The notes: generated by a model not told the origin, from the sequence alone. A stretch of 64,000 nt of DNA from Polyangiales bacterium (GCA_038230375.1 JBBRNJ010000003.1:64001-128000); one strand, 5' to 3'. Shown: positions 10,795-24,084, counted from the first letter of the stretch. Made by a program: numbers and translations.

Positions 10795-11575
10795 AGAAGA
10801 GCGGGAGCTTCGGGGAGAAGTTCACGATCGCGCCGTAGCGATCTCCGCCCGCAAGGAACCCCGTGAGCGCGCTGACGCCGACATCCAGCCACGACGTTGT
10901 GCTCCACACCAGTCCGGCCGTGCTGGCGAGTTGCGCCCTCTCCCCCGTCACGAAGAAGACGCCACCAAGATCGGCCGCGAGCGCGAATCGTCCCCGGGCG
11001 TCGAGATCGAACGATGCGTCGACACCGGTGAGCACCGCCACGGGTCGTCCTTGCGACACCGCCGCGCCGGAATCCACGAGCCCGCCCAGGTTCAACACCA
11101 GGTGCATCGGGCCCACGCCCCTGCCGAGCAGCGCCAGCGCCTCGAAGCCAGTGCCGCGCGCATCGGGCGCAACGGGGACGCGCGGACCCAGCTGTGCGCC
11201 GAACGCCCAGACCGTCTTGCGGGCCGCATTGCGCGCCTCCCACAGGCCGACCTTCGTCGAAATCCAGAGGTTGTCCGGCGCGCGATGGTCGAGCGCATAG
11301 AGCCGCTGCGGAGTCCCCTCGATGGCCCATGCGCCGTCCACGCCAACCTCTACGTTCGGCGCGAGCCCCACGTCCACGTCGAAGTCCGGGACGAGCCATC
11401 GCCCGCCCTTCTCGCCCCTCACCACGCCGAACGCGAGGTCCGCGTGCACCACTCCGGGCTCCTCCAGCTTCAGGTCCTCGGGGTCGAAGCGGCGCCGGAC
11501 GGTCTGCGCGCGCGACTCCGACACGACGAGCAGACTCCCGAGCACGAGCACGCCTCTGACGAGCTCGTGCCTCAC
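10793..11575 (-). CDS. Exported protein, probable outer-membrane beta-barrel
   Basis: GTG 11575 overlaps the upstream stop (GTGA); signal peptide ending ESRA-Q; alternating beta-strand pattern; C-terminal Phe. Confidence 0.65.
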   Translation of the reverse strand: MRHELVRGVLVLGSLLVVSESRAQTVRRRFDPEDLKLEEPGVVHADLAFGVVRGEKGGRWLVPDFDVDVGLAPNVEVGVDGAWAIEGTPQRLYALDHRAPDNLWISTKVGLWEARNAARKTVWAFGAQLGPRVPVAPDARGTGFEALALLGRGVGPMHLVLNLGGLVDSGAAVSQGRPVAVLTGVDASFDLDARGRFALAADLGGVFFVTGERAQLASTAGLVWSTTSWLDVGVSALTGFLAGGDRYGAIVNFSPKLPLF

Positions 11576-12831
11576 GTCCGCCCGCGCGTGCGCAGGTACG
11601 CTCGCTGTCCGAAGCCGCAGTCGAAGGCCTTCGGCTTGGTGAGGATCCACAGCGTCGGCACTGCGGGCGGCTCCTCGGGCGTGGGTCCGTCTCCGTCCGT
11701 GAAGTACACGACGCCGTCCACGTCGTGCGTGCCGAGCAGCGCCGGATCGAACACGGGGCGCAGATCGGTTCCGCCGCGTCCGAACACGGCATCGATCCTC
11801 CCCGCGAACGGGTACACGCGCGCCACCTCGGTATCGCACTCCGCCACGATCACCTGCGCGCGCTCGGACAGCACCACGAGCTGCCGCGCGATCTCCTCGA
11901 GCTCTGGGCGAGTCATGCTCAGCGACGTGTCGATCGCGACGAGCAGCCGCGGATTCTCGCTCTTTCGCAGCGCCCAGCTCCGCCCCGGCACCTCGAAGAT
12001 GCGCTGCGGGAACCGGCGGCTCGGGCGGGTCCAGGTGTGAACGGGCGCGCGCGCACGCGCCGCGAACATCGCAAGCGCCTCACGGAAATCGAGCGGCTCC
12101 TCTGGCGCGAGCGTGGTCTCGAACAGCTCCTCCAGGATGCGCCCTGGCTCACGCCCGCAGACCTTGTACCGCGACGTGTCCTCTGCGTGCTCCGGCTCCT
12201 CCTTCTGCGCTCGCGCCTTCTTTCCGGTGCCTGGAGCGTGCGTGCGCTTTGGCTTTGCGTCATCGACGGCCCGCTCCACCAGCATCGCCGTCTGCACCAG
12301 CGCGCCAGGCGTGTTCGCTGCGCGCGTGAGCATCTTGTGGTCGTCCACGGTGCCGGTGCCTTGCTCTCCGGGCGTGGGTCGCGGGCGCGTGCCGGTCTTC
12401 TGGAAATGCGCGAGCAGGAGCTCGTAGCGGTCCATCGTGCTCTGGCCCTTGCGGATGCCGACGGGCGCGTACGCACGGATGGTGACGGCGGGTGGGAGCG
12501 GCTCCTCGATGTGCTCGTTCGCTGACATCTCGATCGCCAGGTCCATCAGCTCCGGCTCCTCGCATGCCGCGAACTTTGGATGGGTGAGATGTCCGAGCAC
12601 CACGTGATGCACCTCGTGCAGGAGCACGCCCTTAACGAACTGCGGTTCGCGCGCGAACGACTCCACGTTCACGTGCAGATAGAAGTGTGCATCATGCAAC
12701 GAAACCGCCATGCGCCCAACGGAGGGATCGGCGACGGGGCGCATGCGCGCCAGGATCGCCGCGTAGTAGGGGTATTTCTCGAGGAACCCCGAGCTCACGA
12801 AGAACTCGGACAGCCATGCGTCGATGCTCAC
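11572..12831 (-). CDS. DUF2201-type putative metallopeptidase (HExxH) with C-terminal vWA-like domain
   Basis: LLHEVHHVVLGH, VDDH, MIDAS AIDTSLS, GRGGTD, YFTDGDG. Confidence 0.85.
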   Translation of the reverse strand: MSIDAWLSEFFVSSGFLEKYPYYAAILARMRPVADPSVGRMAVSLHDAHFYLHVNVESFAREPQFVKGVLLHEVHHVVLGHLTHPKFAACEEPELMDLAIEMSANEHIEEPLPPAVTIRAYAPVGIRKGQSTMDRYELLLAHFQKTGTRPRPTPGEQGTGTVDDHKMLTRAANTPGALVQTAMLVERAVDDAKPKRTHAPGTGKKARAQKEEPEHAEDTSRYKVCGREPGRILEELFETTLAPEEPLDFREALAMFAARARAPVHTWTRPSRRFPQRIFEVPGRSWALRKSENPRLLVAIDTSLSMTRPELEEIARQLVVLSERAQVIVAECDTEVARVYPFAGRIDAVFGRGGTDLRPVFDPALLGTHDVDGVVYFTDGDGPTPEEPPAVPTLWILTKPKAFDCGFGQRAYLRTRGRT

Positions 12832-12849
12832 GCGGTGGCCCTCACGCTC

Positions 12850-16392
<3,543 letters not shown>

Positions 16393-16449
16393 GAGGCGAT
16401 GCTACGTCTCCGCGCGCGCTTGCGAAACCCCAACTGCGAGGCCAGAAAC

Positions 16450-17775
16450 CTATGGACGAACCGGCGTGATGCCGACACGACGCAGCACGGTCGCCAGGCG
16501 AACGGCGTCTTTCTCCGGCAGATCGACCAGCACGTGGCCAAGGCACGTGCGGGCGACGTTGCTGCGCTTCAGATCTGCGAGCCGCGAAGGTGACTCGATG
16601 AACGCACACAACGCCGTGACCGCCAGCGAGATGCGGTGGCGCTTCACCGGCTCACCCCGGAGCGCAGCGAGCTTCTTCTGCGCCGCGCTGCCGCTGTAGC
16701 CGCCGAGCAACTCCGTCGGATCGATGTCGACGAGGCTCGCGAGCGTGGCGTTCTCGCCCAGCGCGTCCGAAAGCTTCTCGCGGTGGTCGCCGGGGAGGTC
16801 GGCGATGAACGCCTCGAACGACGCGAGCGTGAGGTTCTTCTGCGCTGCGAGCACGCCCGCCTCCGGTCCGGCGAGCAACGGCGCGAGCCGCGTGACGATC
16901 TCGTCGATGCGATCCGTCTGCCCCTGCTCCTTGTAGCCGCGGACCTCCTTCGCCAGGTCGGACCCTGCGGTGTACGAAGAGAGGAGCGCGCGCACATCCA
17001 GCCCGATCTTGCCGCCCCACGAGCCCTGCGAGGCGAGCAGAGTCTCCACCCACGCGGCGGGCAGATAACCACCCAGCGCGTCGCGCAGCAGCGTGCCGTC
17101 CGTGAGCTCCTCCTTCGTGAACGCGGAGAGCAGCTGCGACGCATATGTCCACGTCCGCGGCGGCACGTCGTCGAGCATGCGCTCGTGCGTCTGCGCCATG
17201 GCAAGGATGCCAGGATGCAGGCTCTGCATCGTGGCCCATGCGAGCCACGAGGCACGGTCCGCACGCACGTTCACCTCCAGGAAGCGCGCGCGCAGCGCCT
17301 TGTCCAGCGCGGTCACGTGGTACTCCGCCGTCTGCGGGTTCACGGTGGCGATGCACATCCAGCCCTCGGGCAGCTCGTACTCGTGAAGGCGGCGCGCGGA
17401 GAGCAGCTGCAGCGCGGGCTGCTGGATGTAGCGCTCTGCGCGGTTCAGCTCCTCGAGCAAGAGGATGCCATTGCCCTCGCGCGGCAAGATGGAAGGCAGC
17501 GCGTACTGCGTGCGGCCATCCACGACGACAGGCAGACCGACGAGATCAGGCGGCTCGAGCAGCGACAGATCGAGCACCGTGACATCGACGCCGAGCGTGC
17601 CCGCGACGCGACGGATGATCTCGCTCTTGCCCACGCCGGTGGGGCCCGAGAGCAGCACCGGCCTGCGCGCGCGGTACGCGACCTCCACGATGCGCTCGAG
17701 CCTGGGCCCGATCGGCACGGCGAGCGGCCTGAGCGAATCCGTGGAGCCGGTCTTTGCGGTCGATGATGTCGCCAC
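16450..17775 (-). CDS. AAA+ ATPase (MoxR/dynein-related, AAA_5 type)
   Basis: GPTGVGKS, EPPDLVGLP, Walker B LLLEELNRA, ATVNP, LDKALRARF; start uncertain (GTG 17775). Confidence 0.87.
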   Translation of the reverse strand: MATSSTAKTGSTDSLRPLAVPIGPRLERIVEVAYRARRPVLLSGPTGVGKSEIIRRVAGTLGVDVTVLDLSLLEPPDLVGLPVVVDGRTQYALPSILPREGNGILLLEELNRAERYIQQPALQLLSARRLHEYELPEGWMCIATVNPQTAEYHVTALDKALRARFLEVNVRADRASWLAWATMQSLHPGILAMAQTHERMLDDVPPRTWTYASQLLSAFTKEELTDGTLLRDALGGYLPAAWVETLLASQGSWGGKIGLDVRALLSSYTAGSDLAKEVRGYKEQGQTDRIDEIVTRLAPLLAGPEAGVLAAQKNLTLASFEAFIADLPGDHREKLSDALGENATLASLVDIDPTELLGGYSGSAAQKKLAALRGEPVKRHRISLAVTALCAFIESPSRLADLKRSNVARTCLGHVLVDLPEKDAVRLATVLRRVGITPVRP

Positions 17776-17962
17776 GCGACGATGAGTAGCACGCACCCAC
17801 GCCGCGCGCTCTACCCCCGGCGCCCACGCCCCACCCGCGTTCCCACGTGTCGCATATGGACGCTGACCTTCCCAGGGCACGTCACAGGTTTGTTCCTTTG
17901 GTTTGTTGTTTTCCCATACCGTTCAGCACTGGGTTTCAGCATCCAGCTTTTGGAGGTTCTTC

Positions 17963-19051
17963 ATGAAGAGCATTGTTGTCGCTTCGGTCACTGCGTCCCT
18001 GGTCGCGTTTGCGGTGGTCGCCTGTAGCTCCGGCTCATCCGGTGGTGGCGGCAGCGGCGGCGCAGGCGGAGCATGTGGCGCCTACTTCGACAGCTACGCT
18101 GCCTACACAAAGCAGTGCGGCGCGGTGAACTTCATCAACAGCCGTGACCGCTGGCTCACCTACTGCCAGCTGCTCGTCAACGCCCCTGGCGCGTCCGGTG
18201 CGGACGGCGCGATCAACCAGTGCGCGCAGGACGTCAGCGCCGCGACCTCCACGTGCTCCCCCGCCTCGAAGTCGACGGCCTGCTCCACCTTCATGGGCTC
18301 CCTCACCGCCGGCGCTGCGTGCGGCGCGAGTGTGCAGTGCGCATCGAGCTACTGCAAGGTGCCCTCCGTTCAGTCCTCCGGGACCACCGCTACCGCGTGC
18401 GGTGTCTGTGCGGACAAGATCGCCATCGGTCAGCCCTGCAACCAGGAAATGGGCGACACCTGCGTGAAGGGGGCCATCTGTTCGCAGGCCAGCAGTGGCA
18501 CTGGGTCAGGTACCTGCAAGGCACAGATCGTGAACGACGTCGGCGGCGCATGCCTCGGTACCGACAACGCCACCTGCAAGGACGACCTTCGCTGCGACTA
18601 CACCACGAAGAAGTGCACGGCCCTCGTGGCCGCCGGCGGCACCTGCAAGTCTGACCCCGATTGCGCTACCACGCTCGTCTGTGGCAGCAACCTCACGTGC
18701 GCGCAGCCAATGGCAGAAGGCGCGGCGTGCACGGTCCCGGTGGACGGCTTCGCTCCCACCGGCTGCGCGCGAAACGCCACGTGCAGCTCTACGACCAAGA
18801 CATGCACGAGCTCCACACTGGTGGATGCTGGCGGCGTATGTGACTACGCAACCAAACACTACTGCAGGGTCGGCAGCTGCAACACCAGCGTCGGCGACGC
18901 CGGCAGCTCGGGACCCCCGACCGGTATCTGCCCCACCATCATCGCGGACGGCCAGGCGTGCAACGCCACAGCCAAGGACACCACGTGCGACGCGTATGCT
19001 GACTGCATCGGCGGCAAGTGCACCCTCTTCGACCCCAGCTCCTGCAAGTAG
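17963..19051 (+). CDS. Cysteine-rich lipoprotein (myxobacterial disulfide-repeat type)
   Basis: GGAGG SD; signal peptide with VVAC lipobox; Gly linker; many GxxC...C repeats. Confidence 0.8.
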   Translation: MKSIVVASVTASLVAFAVVACSSGSSGGGGSGGAGGACGAYFDSYAAYTKQCGAVNFINSRDRWLTYCQLLVNAPGASGADGAINQCAQDVSAATSTCSPASKSTACSTFMGSLTAGAACGASVQCASSYCKVPSVQSSGTTATACGVCADKIAIGQPCNQEMGDTCVKGAICSQASSGTGSGTCKAQIVNDVGGACLGTDNATCKDDLRCDYTTKKCTALVAAGGTCKSDPDCATTLVCGSNLTCAQPMAEGAACTVPVDGFAPTGCARNATCSSTTKTCTSSTLVDAGGVCDYATKHYCRVGSCNTSVGDAGSSGPPTGICPTIIADGQACNATAKDTTCDAYADCIGGKCTLFDPSSCK

Positions 19052-19224
19052 TCAGCTTCGCCGCCTACGAGTGAACACGTGACAGTCCTGCCCGGTGTCG
19101 ACGGAGGCACCGAAAGCCGGCGGACTGATCGTATGAGACTTCGCGGCCTGTTGCGGACCAGGTCGCGCGCTGGGCCGATGGGGGTCGCTCAGGTGGTCGC
19201 TGTCAACCCGGCGAAACCCGGCCT

Positions 19225-19275
19225 TGGTAAGAAATGAAAGTCCGTTTCAAAATGTACACCTCTAGTTTCAAACGC
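19225..19275. repeat. 51-bp AT-rich dispersed element, copy 1
   Basis: TGGTAAGAAATGAAAGTCCGTTTCAAAAT-N11-GTTTCAAACGC; matches 24034-24084. Confidence 0.9.
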
Positions 19276-19288
19276 TCCCGCGCGCGCC

Positions 19289-19684
19289 TCACGGCGCGAT
19301 GAGCGCGAGCGCCGGGAAGTACGTTCGATACCGGGCAGCGTCGCGTGTGAGCAGCGACATGCCGGCGACCGCCGCGTGCGCGCCCACGTAGAAGTCCGGC
19401 ATCGGCGATCGCTTGGCGCCGCCACGCTTCTTGTATGCAAGGTAGGCTTTGCCCGCGAGAAATCCGGCTTCGTATGGGAGCGGCTCGCGGACGAAGTCGA
19501 CCAGCGCTGCATCAGCGTCTTCGATGCGCGCAAACTTCAAGGTGACCTCCGCGAAGATGATCGGGTTGATGGCAAGCGTCGAGTGCTCCGCGGCGTGCCG
19601 CAGCGCGCGCTCCGACCAGACCCGCCAGGTTGGATCACCGGTGATGACATCGAGCAGAACGTTCGTGTCGACGAGCGTCTTCAC
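19289..19684 (-). CDS. vapC: Type II TA toxin, PIN domain
   Basis: LVDTNVLLD, NPIIFAE, PMPDFYVGAHA, LLTRD. Confidence 0.93.
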   Translation of the reverse strand: MKTLVDTNVLLDVITGDPTWRVWSERALRHAAEHSTLAINPIIFAEVTLKFARIEDADAALVDFVREPLPYEAGFLAGKAYLAYKKRGGAKRSPMPDFYVGAHAAVAGMSLLTRDAARYRTYFPALALIAP

Positions 19685-19920
19685 GGCTTGCCGCGCATCA
19701 GCGCCATGATCTCGTCGGTCGTGAGCTTGTTCGACGGGCGAGCGCTGCGGAGATGCCCGATCACACCGTCTCCGCGCGAGAGCTTGCCCTTCGTACGCGC
19801 CTTGCGGAGACGCGCCTCCCCGTCCACGACGTCAAAGGTGACCTCGGTGTTCGGGAGCAAGCCAAGCTCGTCCCGGATCTCTTGCGGGATCGTGACCTGA
19901 CCCTTCGTGGTGATGCGCAT
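19681..19920 (-). CDS. vapB: Type II TA antitoxin, AbrB/MazE/SpoVT family
   Basis: MRITTKGQVTIPQEIRDELGL; 4-bp overlap with the toxin gene. Confidence 0.93.
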   Translation of the reverse strand: MRITTKGQVTIPQEIRDELGLLPNTEVTFDVVDGEARLRKARTKGKLSRGDGVIGHLRSARPSNKLTTDEIMALMRGKP

Positions 19921-19924
19921 GGAT

Positions 19925-19950
19925 AAGTATTACCACGCGCAGTAATACTT
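19925..19950. promoter_or_regulatory. vapBC operator (perfect 9-bp inverted repeat)
   Basis: AAGTATTAC-N8-GTAATACTT, 4 bp upstream of the antitoxin ATG. Confidence 0.8.
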
Positions 19951-19984
19951 GGCCATTGGCGCCGCGCGATCGAGCGGGTGAGCG

Positions 19985-21127
19985 TCAGAAGATCTGCACC
20001 GTCTGTCCGTCCGTCGTCTTGCACTTCCCATCCGAGGTGGGCGCACCCGACGTGCGCAGGACGTCACTCGCGGCGGGCGCCGCATATTTTCCGGAGAGCT
20101 CCATGCCTACCGCGCGCACGATGCCGGAGCTCAGCTTCGTGATGTAGTAGCAGGGGATCTCTGGCGTCTTGTGCGTGTCGCCGACGCCCGAGTCGTCCGT
20201 CAGGAACATGTAACGGCCGCCGGTGATCTCGGCCGCGCCTCGCATGGTCAGCTCCAGCAGATCGTTCGTGCCGCTGGCGGACACGGGATAGAGGTGGATG
20301 CCGCGCATATGCGTGTCGACGATGGCCTGCCTCATCGCGTCGGCCTTCGCATCGTGGTGCGGTGCATCGGCGACCCAGAACGCGACCTTCGCGACGCCGG
20401 GCTCCGTACGCCACGACAGGTTGCCGAGCTCCTCGAGCCCGAGCTCCGGCGACTCGGGATAGTCACCGCCGCCAAACGCGTCCTGCTTGCGGATCGTGCT
20501 CGCGAACGCCGTGGGGTCGGCCGTGAAGTCGTACGAGCGGACCGAGTACGTATCGCCCTGTCCGACGTCGCGATAGAGAACCAGCGACCAGCGCTGCGAC
20601 GCGCCAGGAAAGCGCGCGCTGATCGCGCTCGAGATGGCGGCGAACTCGGACGCGAGATAGTTGATCTCGTCACCCATGCTTCCGGTCGTATCGAGCACGA
20701 GCGCTGCGTCTACCTGCGTGTGCACGCCGCGCGTCGCGAACTCCGTCGCAGCGGCATCGTATTCGGTGCTCGTGAAGCCGGGAGCACCCGAGAGCCCCGG
20801 ATGCGCCGCGATGTACTTGCCGAAGAAGTCGCGATTGAGCCCATCGTCCCACATGCCTGCGGTGAGGATGCCGGCGCCGACGCTCTGGCCGGGCGTCGGA
20901 GTGCCGCCCTTCGTGCCGTCGCCTCCGGAAGTGGCCGCACCGCCGCCACCGGAGCCGCCGCTCGTCTCGCCACCGCCCCCGGAGCTGCCGCCACTCCCGC
21001 CGCCACCGCCAGGACCGGCGTTGGAATCACCGTTCCCGGATCCCGACTGCGCGGATGACGAGCAGCCTGCTGCACCTGCGGCCGCGAGAAGCGCACCGCA
21101 CAACCCCAGGAGTAGAGCCTTGTTCAT
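19985..21127 (-). CDS. vWA-domain lipoprotein
   Basis: AAGC lipobox, Gly-rich linker, LTAGMWDD, MIDAS LDTTGSM, GGGDYPE, VADAPHH. Confidence 0.85.
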   Translation of the reverse strand: MNKALLLGLCGALLAAAGAAGCSSSAQSGSGNGDSNAGPGGGGGSGGSSGGGGETSGGSGGGGAATSGGDGTKGGTPTPGQSVGAGILTAGMWDDGLNRDFFGKYIAAHPGLSGAPGFTSTEYDAAATEFATRGVHTQVDAALVLDTTGSMGDEINYLASEFAAISSAISARFPGASQRWSLVLYRDVGQGDTYSVRSYDFTADPTAFASTIRKQDAFGGGDYPESPELGLEELGNLSWRTEPGVAKVAFWVADAPHHDAKADAMRQAIVDTHMRGIHLYPVSASGTNDLLELTMRGAAEITGGRYMFLTDDSGVGDTHKTPEIPCYYITKLSSGIVRAVGMELSGKYAAPAASDVLRTSGAPTSDGKCKTTDGQTVQIF

Positions 21128-21151
21128 CGTCGTTCTCCGACGACGGGCAAA

Positions 21152-21167
21152 AGCAGGTGCCGTGCCA
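21152..21167 (-). promoter_or_regulatory. sigma54 -24/-12 promoter for the vWA lipoprotein
   Basis: Minus strand TGGCACG-GCAC-CTGCT. Confidence 0.7.
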
Positions 21168-21327
21168 CGCACGAAATTCGGGACAATCGTTCCTGTTGCA
21201 CACCAACCGATGCGAATCCGCGCTTCACGGACATGACAGCGGTGTCGTTCACAAGCGCGCGCACCGGCCGCGGAACAAGGTGAAACCTTCGGGCCCTTCG
21301 CACGTGTACCCGTGTTAAGGGGCGTGA

Positions 21328-22197
21328 ATGGCCTGGAAAGAAGCAGTGGTTCTCTGCGCGAGCGCCGCGACGGCTCTTGCGCTCGGTGGATGCGAGCCGC
21401 CGCTGCGGCCGGTGGTGGTCGGAAGGGCCACGCCCACCAGCGTGGCGCGGCTCCCGGTCGTTCGTGATGCGAAGGACCGCACCGGCGGTCTGGCCGAGGT
21501 GCTGGGCGGGCGTCGTCCGGTCGTCCTCGCGTTCTTCACGACCTGGTGCCCGGTGTCGAAGCCAACGCTGAACGCGCTCGACCGCATCGCTGCCGAGTAT
21601 CGGGATGGAGTGACGGCGATCGCGGTCGGCATGGATGCGGAGTCGCCGGAGATCACGCAGTTCGTCGCTGGCGAGGGATCGCGCGTCACCATCGCGGTGG
21701 ACCACGACGGGAGCGTCGCGAAGGAGATGAGTGTCCCCACCATGCCGATGATCTTCGTACTGGATGGCGCTGGCGTCATCCGGTATGCGCACGCGGGCTA
21801 TCACGGTGAAGAGGATGATCTCGCGCTGCGTGAAGAGGTGACCTCCCTCACACGGAGGTCGCGCCCCGAGGTCCCCGCGCCGGAGCTGCCCGAGATCGAA
21901 GAGGCACCCCGGGTCGCGATGCAGGAGCCGCCAAAGGCCGCGGTGCCGCCGGACGTGGAGCGCCTGAAGGCGCGCGCGACGGAGGACCTCACGGATGGCG
22001 TGCTGATGGGCGCCTTCAACCTGGCTCAGCTCGCCACCACGAAGGCTCCCGCGGATGCAGAGGCGTGGCTCATCCTGGCCGCTGCGAACACGGCGATGAA
22101 CGATCGCGATGCAGCGCGCGCCGCGTACGAGCATTGCGTCGCCAACGCAAGCGGCCCTCGCGTCAGCGAATGCGTCGTGCTCCTCGCCACGTTTTGA
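21328..22197 (+). CDS. TlpA/redoxin-like lipoprotein (CxxS) with C-terminal TPR-like helices
   Basis: LGGC lipobox; VVLAFFTTWCPVS; PTMPMIFVLDGAGVIRY. Confidence 0.8.
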   Translation: MAWKEAVVLCASAATALALGGCEPPLRPVVVGRATPTSVARLPVVRDAKDRTGGLAEVLGGRRPVVLAFFTTWCPVSKPTLNALDRIAAEYRDGVTAIAVGMDAESPEITQFVAGEGSRVTIAVDHDGSVAKEMSVPTMPMIFVLDGAGVIRYAHAGYHGEEDDLALREEVTSLTRRSRPEVPAPELPEIEEAPRVAMQEPPKAAVPPDVERLKARATEDLTDGVLMGAFNLAQLATTKAPADAEAWLILAAANTAMNDRDAARAAYEHCVANASGPRVSECVVLLATF

Positions 22198-22327
22198 GGC
22201 GGAGCAAACCCCCTACGCAGGGCCGACAGCCACGTTCGCGTCGAGCACGTTCGCCGCACGCGTCGTCGGCATCGATCCGTGAAAAGCCCGTTCGCGCGGT
22301 CGGAAGTTCCCGTGAACGCCGGCCGCT

Positions 22328-23542
22328 CTACTTCGCGAGCCGTGAGATCGTGCCCGACGCGGTCGCCCAGTAGATGCTCTTCGCGTCCTGCGCGATGGTC
22401 ACGATGTGCTGGTTCAGGACCAGCGGAGTTGGCTTCGTGCAGTTCTTCTCGCACCGGTAGAGACCGCCGTTGGCGTTGGGCTCGCCCCAGTACACATAGG
22501 ACGAATCCACGATCAAGGCAGTCGGGTTCCCCATGCCGAGCGTGGCGGCGTAGGTTGTGGGTATGCCGCCCACCGTCGGCGCGGTGCGAACGGCACGGAG
22601 GCCCCCGTAGTAGGCATTGTTTCCGTCGACGGCGATACCCGAGTAGTCCATACCCGCGCCATCGCTGGCCACGTTGGTCACCGTCGAATTGGTGCCGAAC
22701 GGGGCGCTGCGAACTCCGCCGTTGAGCTGGCCGTTGTCGTTGAGATAGGTGCCCCCATTGACCCAGAACACATTCCCGCCGCTGATCGTGATGCTGGTGG
22801 GCGACGGCTGGTCCACGGCAGTCAAGCGAGCCATCGCTCCTCCGGCAATGGCAACGGACCCGACGAAGCCGCCTGCCTGCTGGTTGTAGGTTGTGTACAC
22901 ACTGAAGTAGACACGCGCATTCACCGCATCGAGCGCGGCATCCGAGACGTTGATGATGTCCAGGATGGCCGTTGGCACCATGTTGCAGGACGGAAGCGAG
23001 CACCGATAGATGTGACCGGTACAATAGAAGAAAGCATCTGACGCACCGACGGTCATGCTGTTGCAGTAGCCGCTGGTGCCAGCATCGAACAGCGCAGCGG
23101 CGTTCTGCCCGTTCGCGTCCGCTCCGATGATCGCGCCCGTGCCTCCGCCCGATGGCGTTCGCGACCAGTAGACCTTGGTCCCCGTGGCGATGATCTTCGA
23201 GACATAGACCTGCCCCGTGCTCACGGTCGATGGCTGACAGGTGCCGCCCGCGCACATGCCCCCCAGACAATCGTGACCGCACGTACCGCAGTTCTTTGCG
23301 TCCGTCTGGAAGTTCACGTTCGCGCATACCTGCGCTGCGTCGCCTGCATCCGTGGTGTCGATACCGCCGCCGTCGAAGGACGGCGTGAAGCCCCCGTCGT
23401 GACCCGCGCCGTCAGCCCCGGTATTGCCAGCGTCGGATCCGGAGTTCGCGGGGTTCTCGGTGGAACCAGCGGAGTCGCCAACACAGGCCTGGATGGAAAC
23501 GCTGAGGAGCAGAACCGTAAGACTGCCAAATACTACTCGCAT
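22328..23542 (-). CDS. Secreted lipoprotein with Cys-rich motif and beta-propeller-like repeats
   Basis: IQAC lipobox; DAKNCGTCGHDCLGG; repeats KVYWS, NVFWV, YVYWG, SIYWA. Confidence 0.8.
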   Translation of the reverse strand: MRVVFGSLTVLLLSVSIQACVGDSAGSTENPANSGSDAGNTGADGAGHDGGFTPSFDGGGIDTTDAGDAAQVCANVNFQTDAKNCGTCGHDCLGGMCAGGTCQPSTVSTGQVYVSKIIATGTKVYWSRTPSGGGTGAIIGADANGQNAAALFDAGTSGYCNSMTVGASDAFFYCTGHIYRCSLPSCNMVPTAILDIINVSDAALDAVNARVYFSVYTTYNQQAGGFVGSVAIAGGAMARLTAVDQPSPTSITISGGNVFWVNGGTYLNDNGQLNGGVRSAPFGTNSTVTNVASDGAGMDYSGIAVDGNNAYYGGLRAVRTAPTVGGIPTTYAATLGMGNPTALIVDSSYVYWGEPNANGGLYRCEKNCTKPTPLVLNQHIVTIAQDAKSIYWATASGTISRLAK

Positions 23543-23599
23543 TGAACAAGCGTACACACCAGCGCGAGAAGCGCCCGCGGTGAACCGTCGCCTGGTTGG

Positions 23600-24013
23600 A
23601 TGACAAAGCTTTCCGCTCAGGAAAATGACGCCTTTTGCGTCCACACGCGCGGCGCGAAACGGACGCGTCCGAGATCATCCGTGGACCGACGGCCACCCGC
23701 ACGCGATCATACGCCCGCGATCATCGTCGGCGGCGCTGGCGTCGCGTCGCTCGTGGTTGGTTCCATCTTCGGTGCCCACGCCATCAAGAAGCACGACGAC
23801 AGCGCTGCGGCCTGTACCGCGAACCCCTGCAGCGCAGGCAGCGTCTCCGCGAACGACGCGTCGAAGACTGCCGCAGACACCTCGACCGTCGCGTTCGCAG
23901 TGGGCCTCGTTGGCCTTGGCGTCAGCACCTACCTCTGGCTCTCGGGCAGCGACGCGACCTCCACCACGCGCGCTGTCCGCATCAGCCCCTTCGGCCTCAC
24001 TGGCAGCTTTTGA
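23600..24013 (+). pseudogene. Probable C-terminal remnant of a myxobacterial TPR/PEGA-type exported protein
   Basis: Two hydrophobic helices with a CxxxxC loop and terminal strand GLTGSF; no signal peptide or credible N-terminus. Confidence 0.5.
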
Positions 24014-24033
24014 ATGGCGCGGCGAACGTCGAC

Positions 24034-24084
24034 TGGTAAAAAATGAAAGTCCGTTTCAAAATTTGCGCGTTGCGTTTCAAACGC
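24034..24084. repeat. 51-bp AT-rich dispersed element, copy 2
   Basis: TGGTAAAAAATGAAAGTCCGTTTCAAAAT-N11-GTTTCAAACGC; overlaps the putative -35 of the gene at 24104. Confidence 0.9.

Noticed and set aside
10686..11792. ORF ending in (ST)n
   Set aside because: Translation of the hexamer repeat in an alternative frame; the real gene is 10793-11575
19083..19127. Nested stem (CAGTCC...GGACTG) after the Cys-rich lipoprotein as an sRNA
   Set aside because: Imperfect GC-rich pairing with no family features; at most a 3' stabilising structure
19225..24084. 51-bp repeats as CRISPR, attC or dif sites
   Set aside because: Only two copies, kilobases apart; no cas or integrase gene; no attC hairpin or XerC/D consensus
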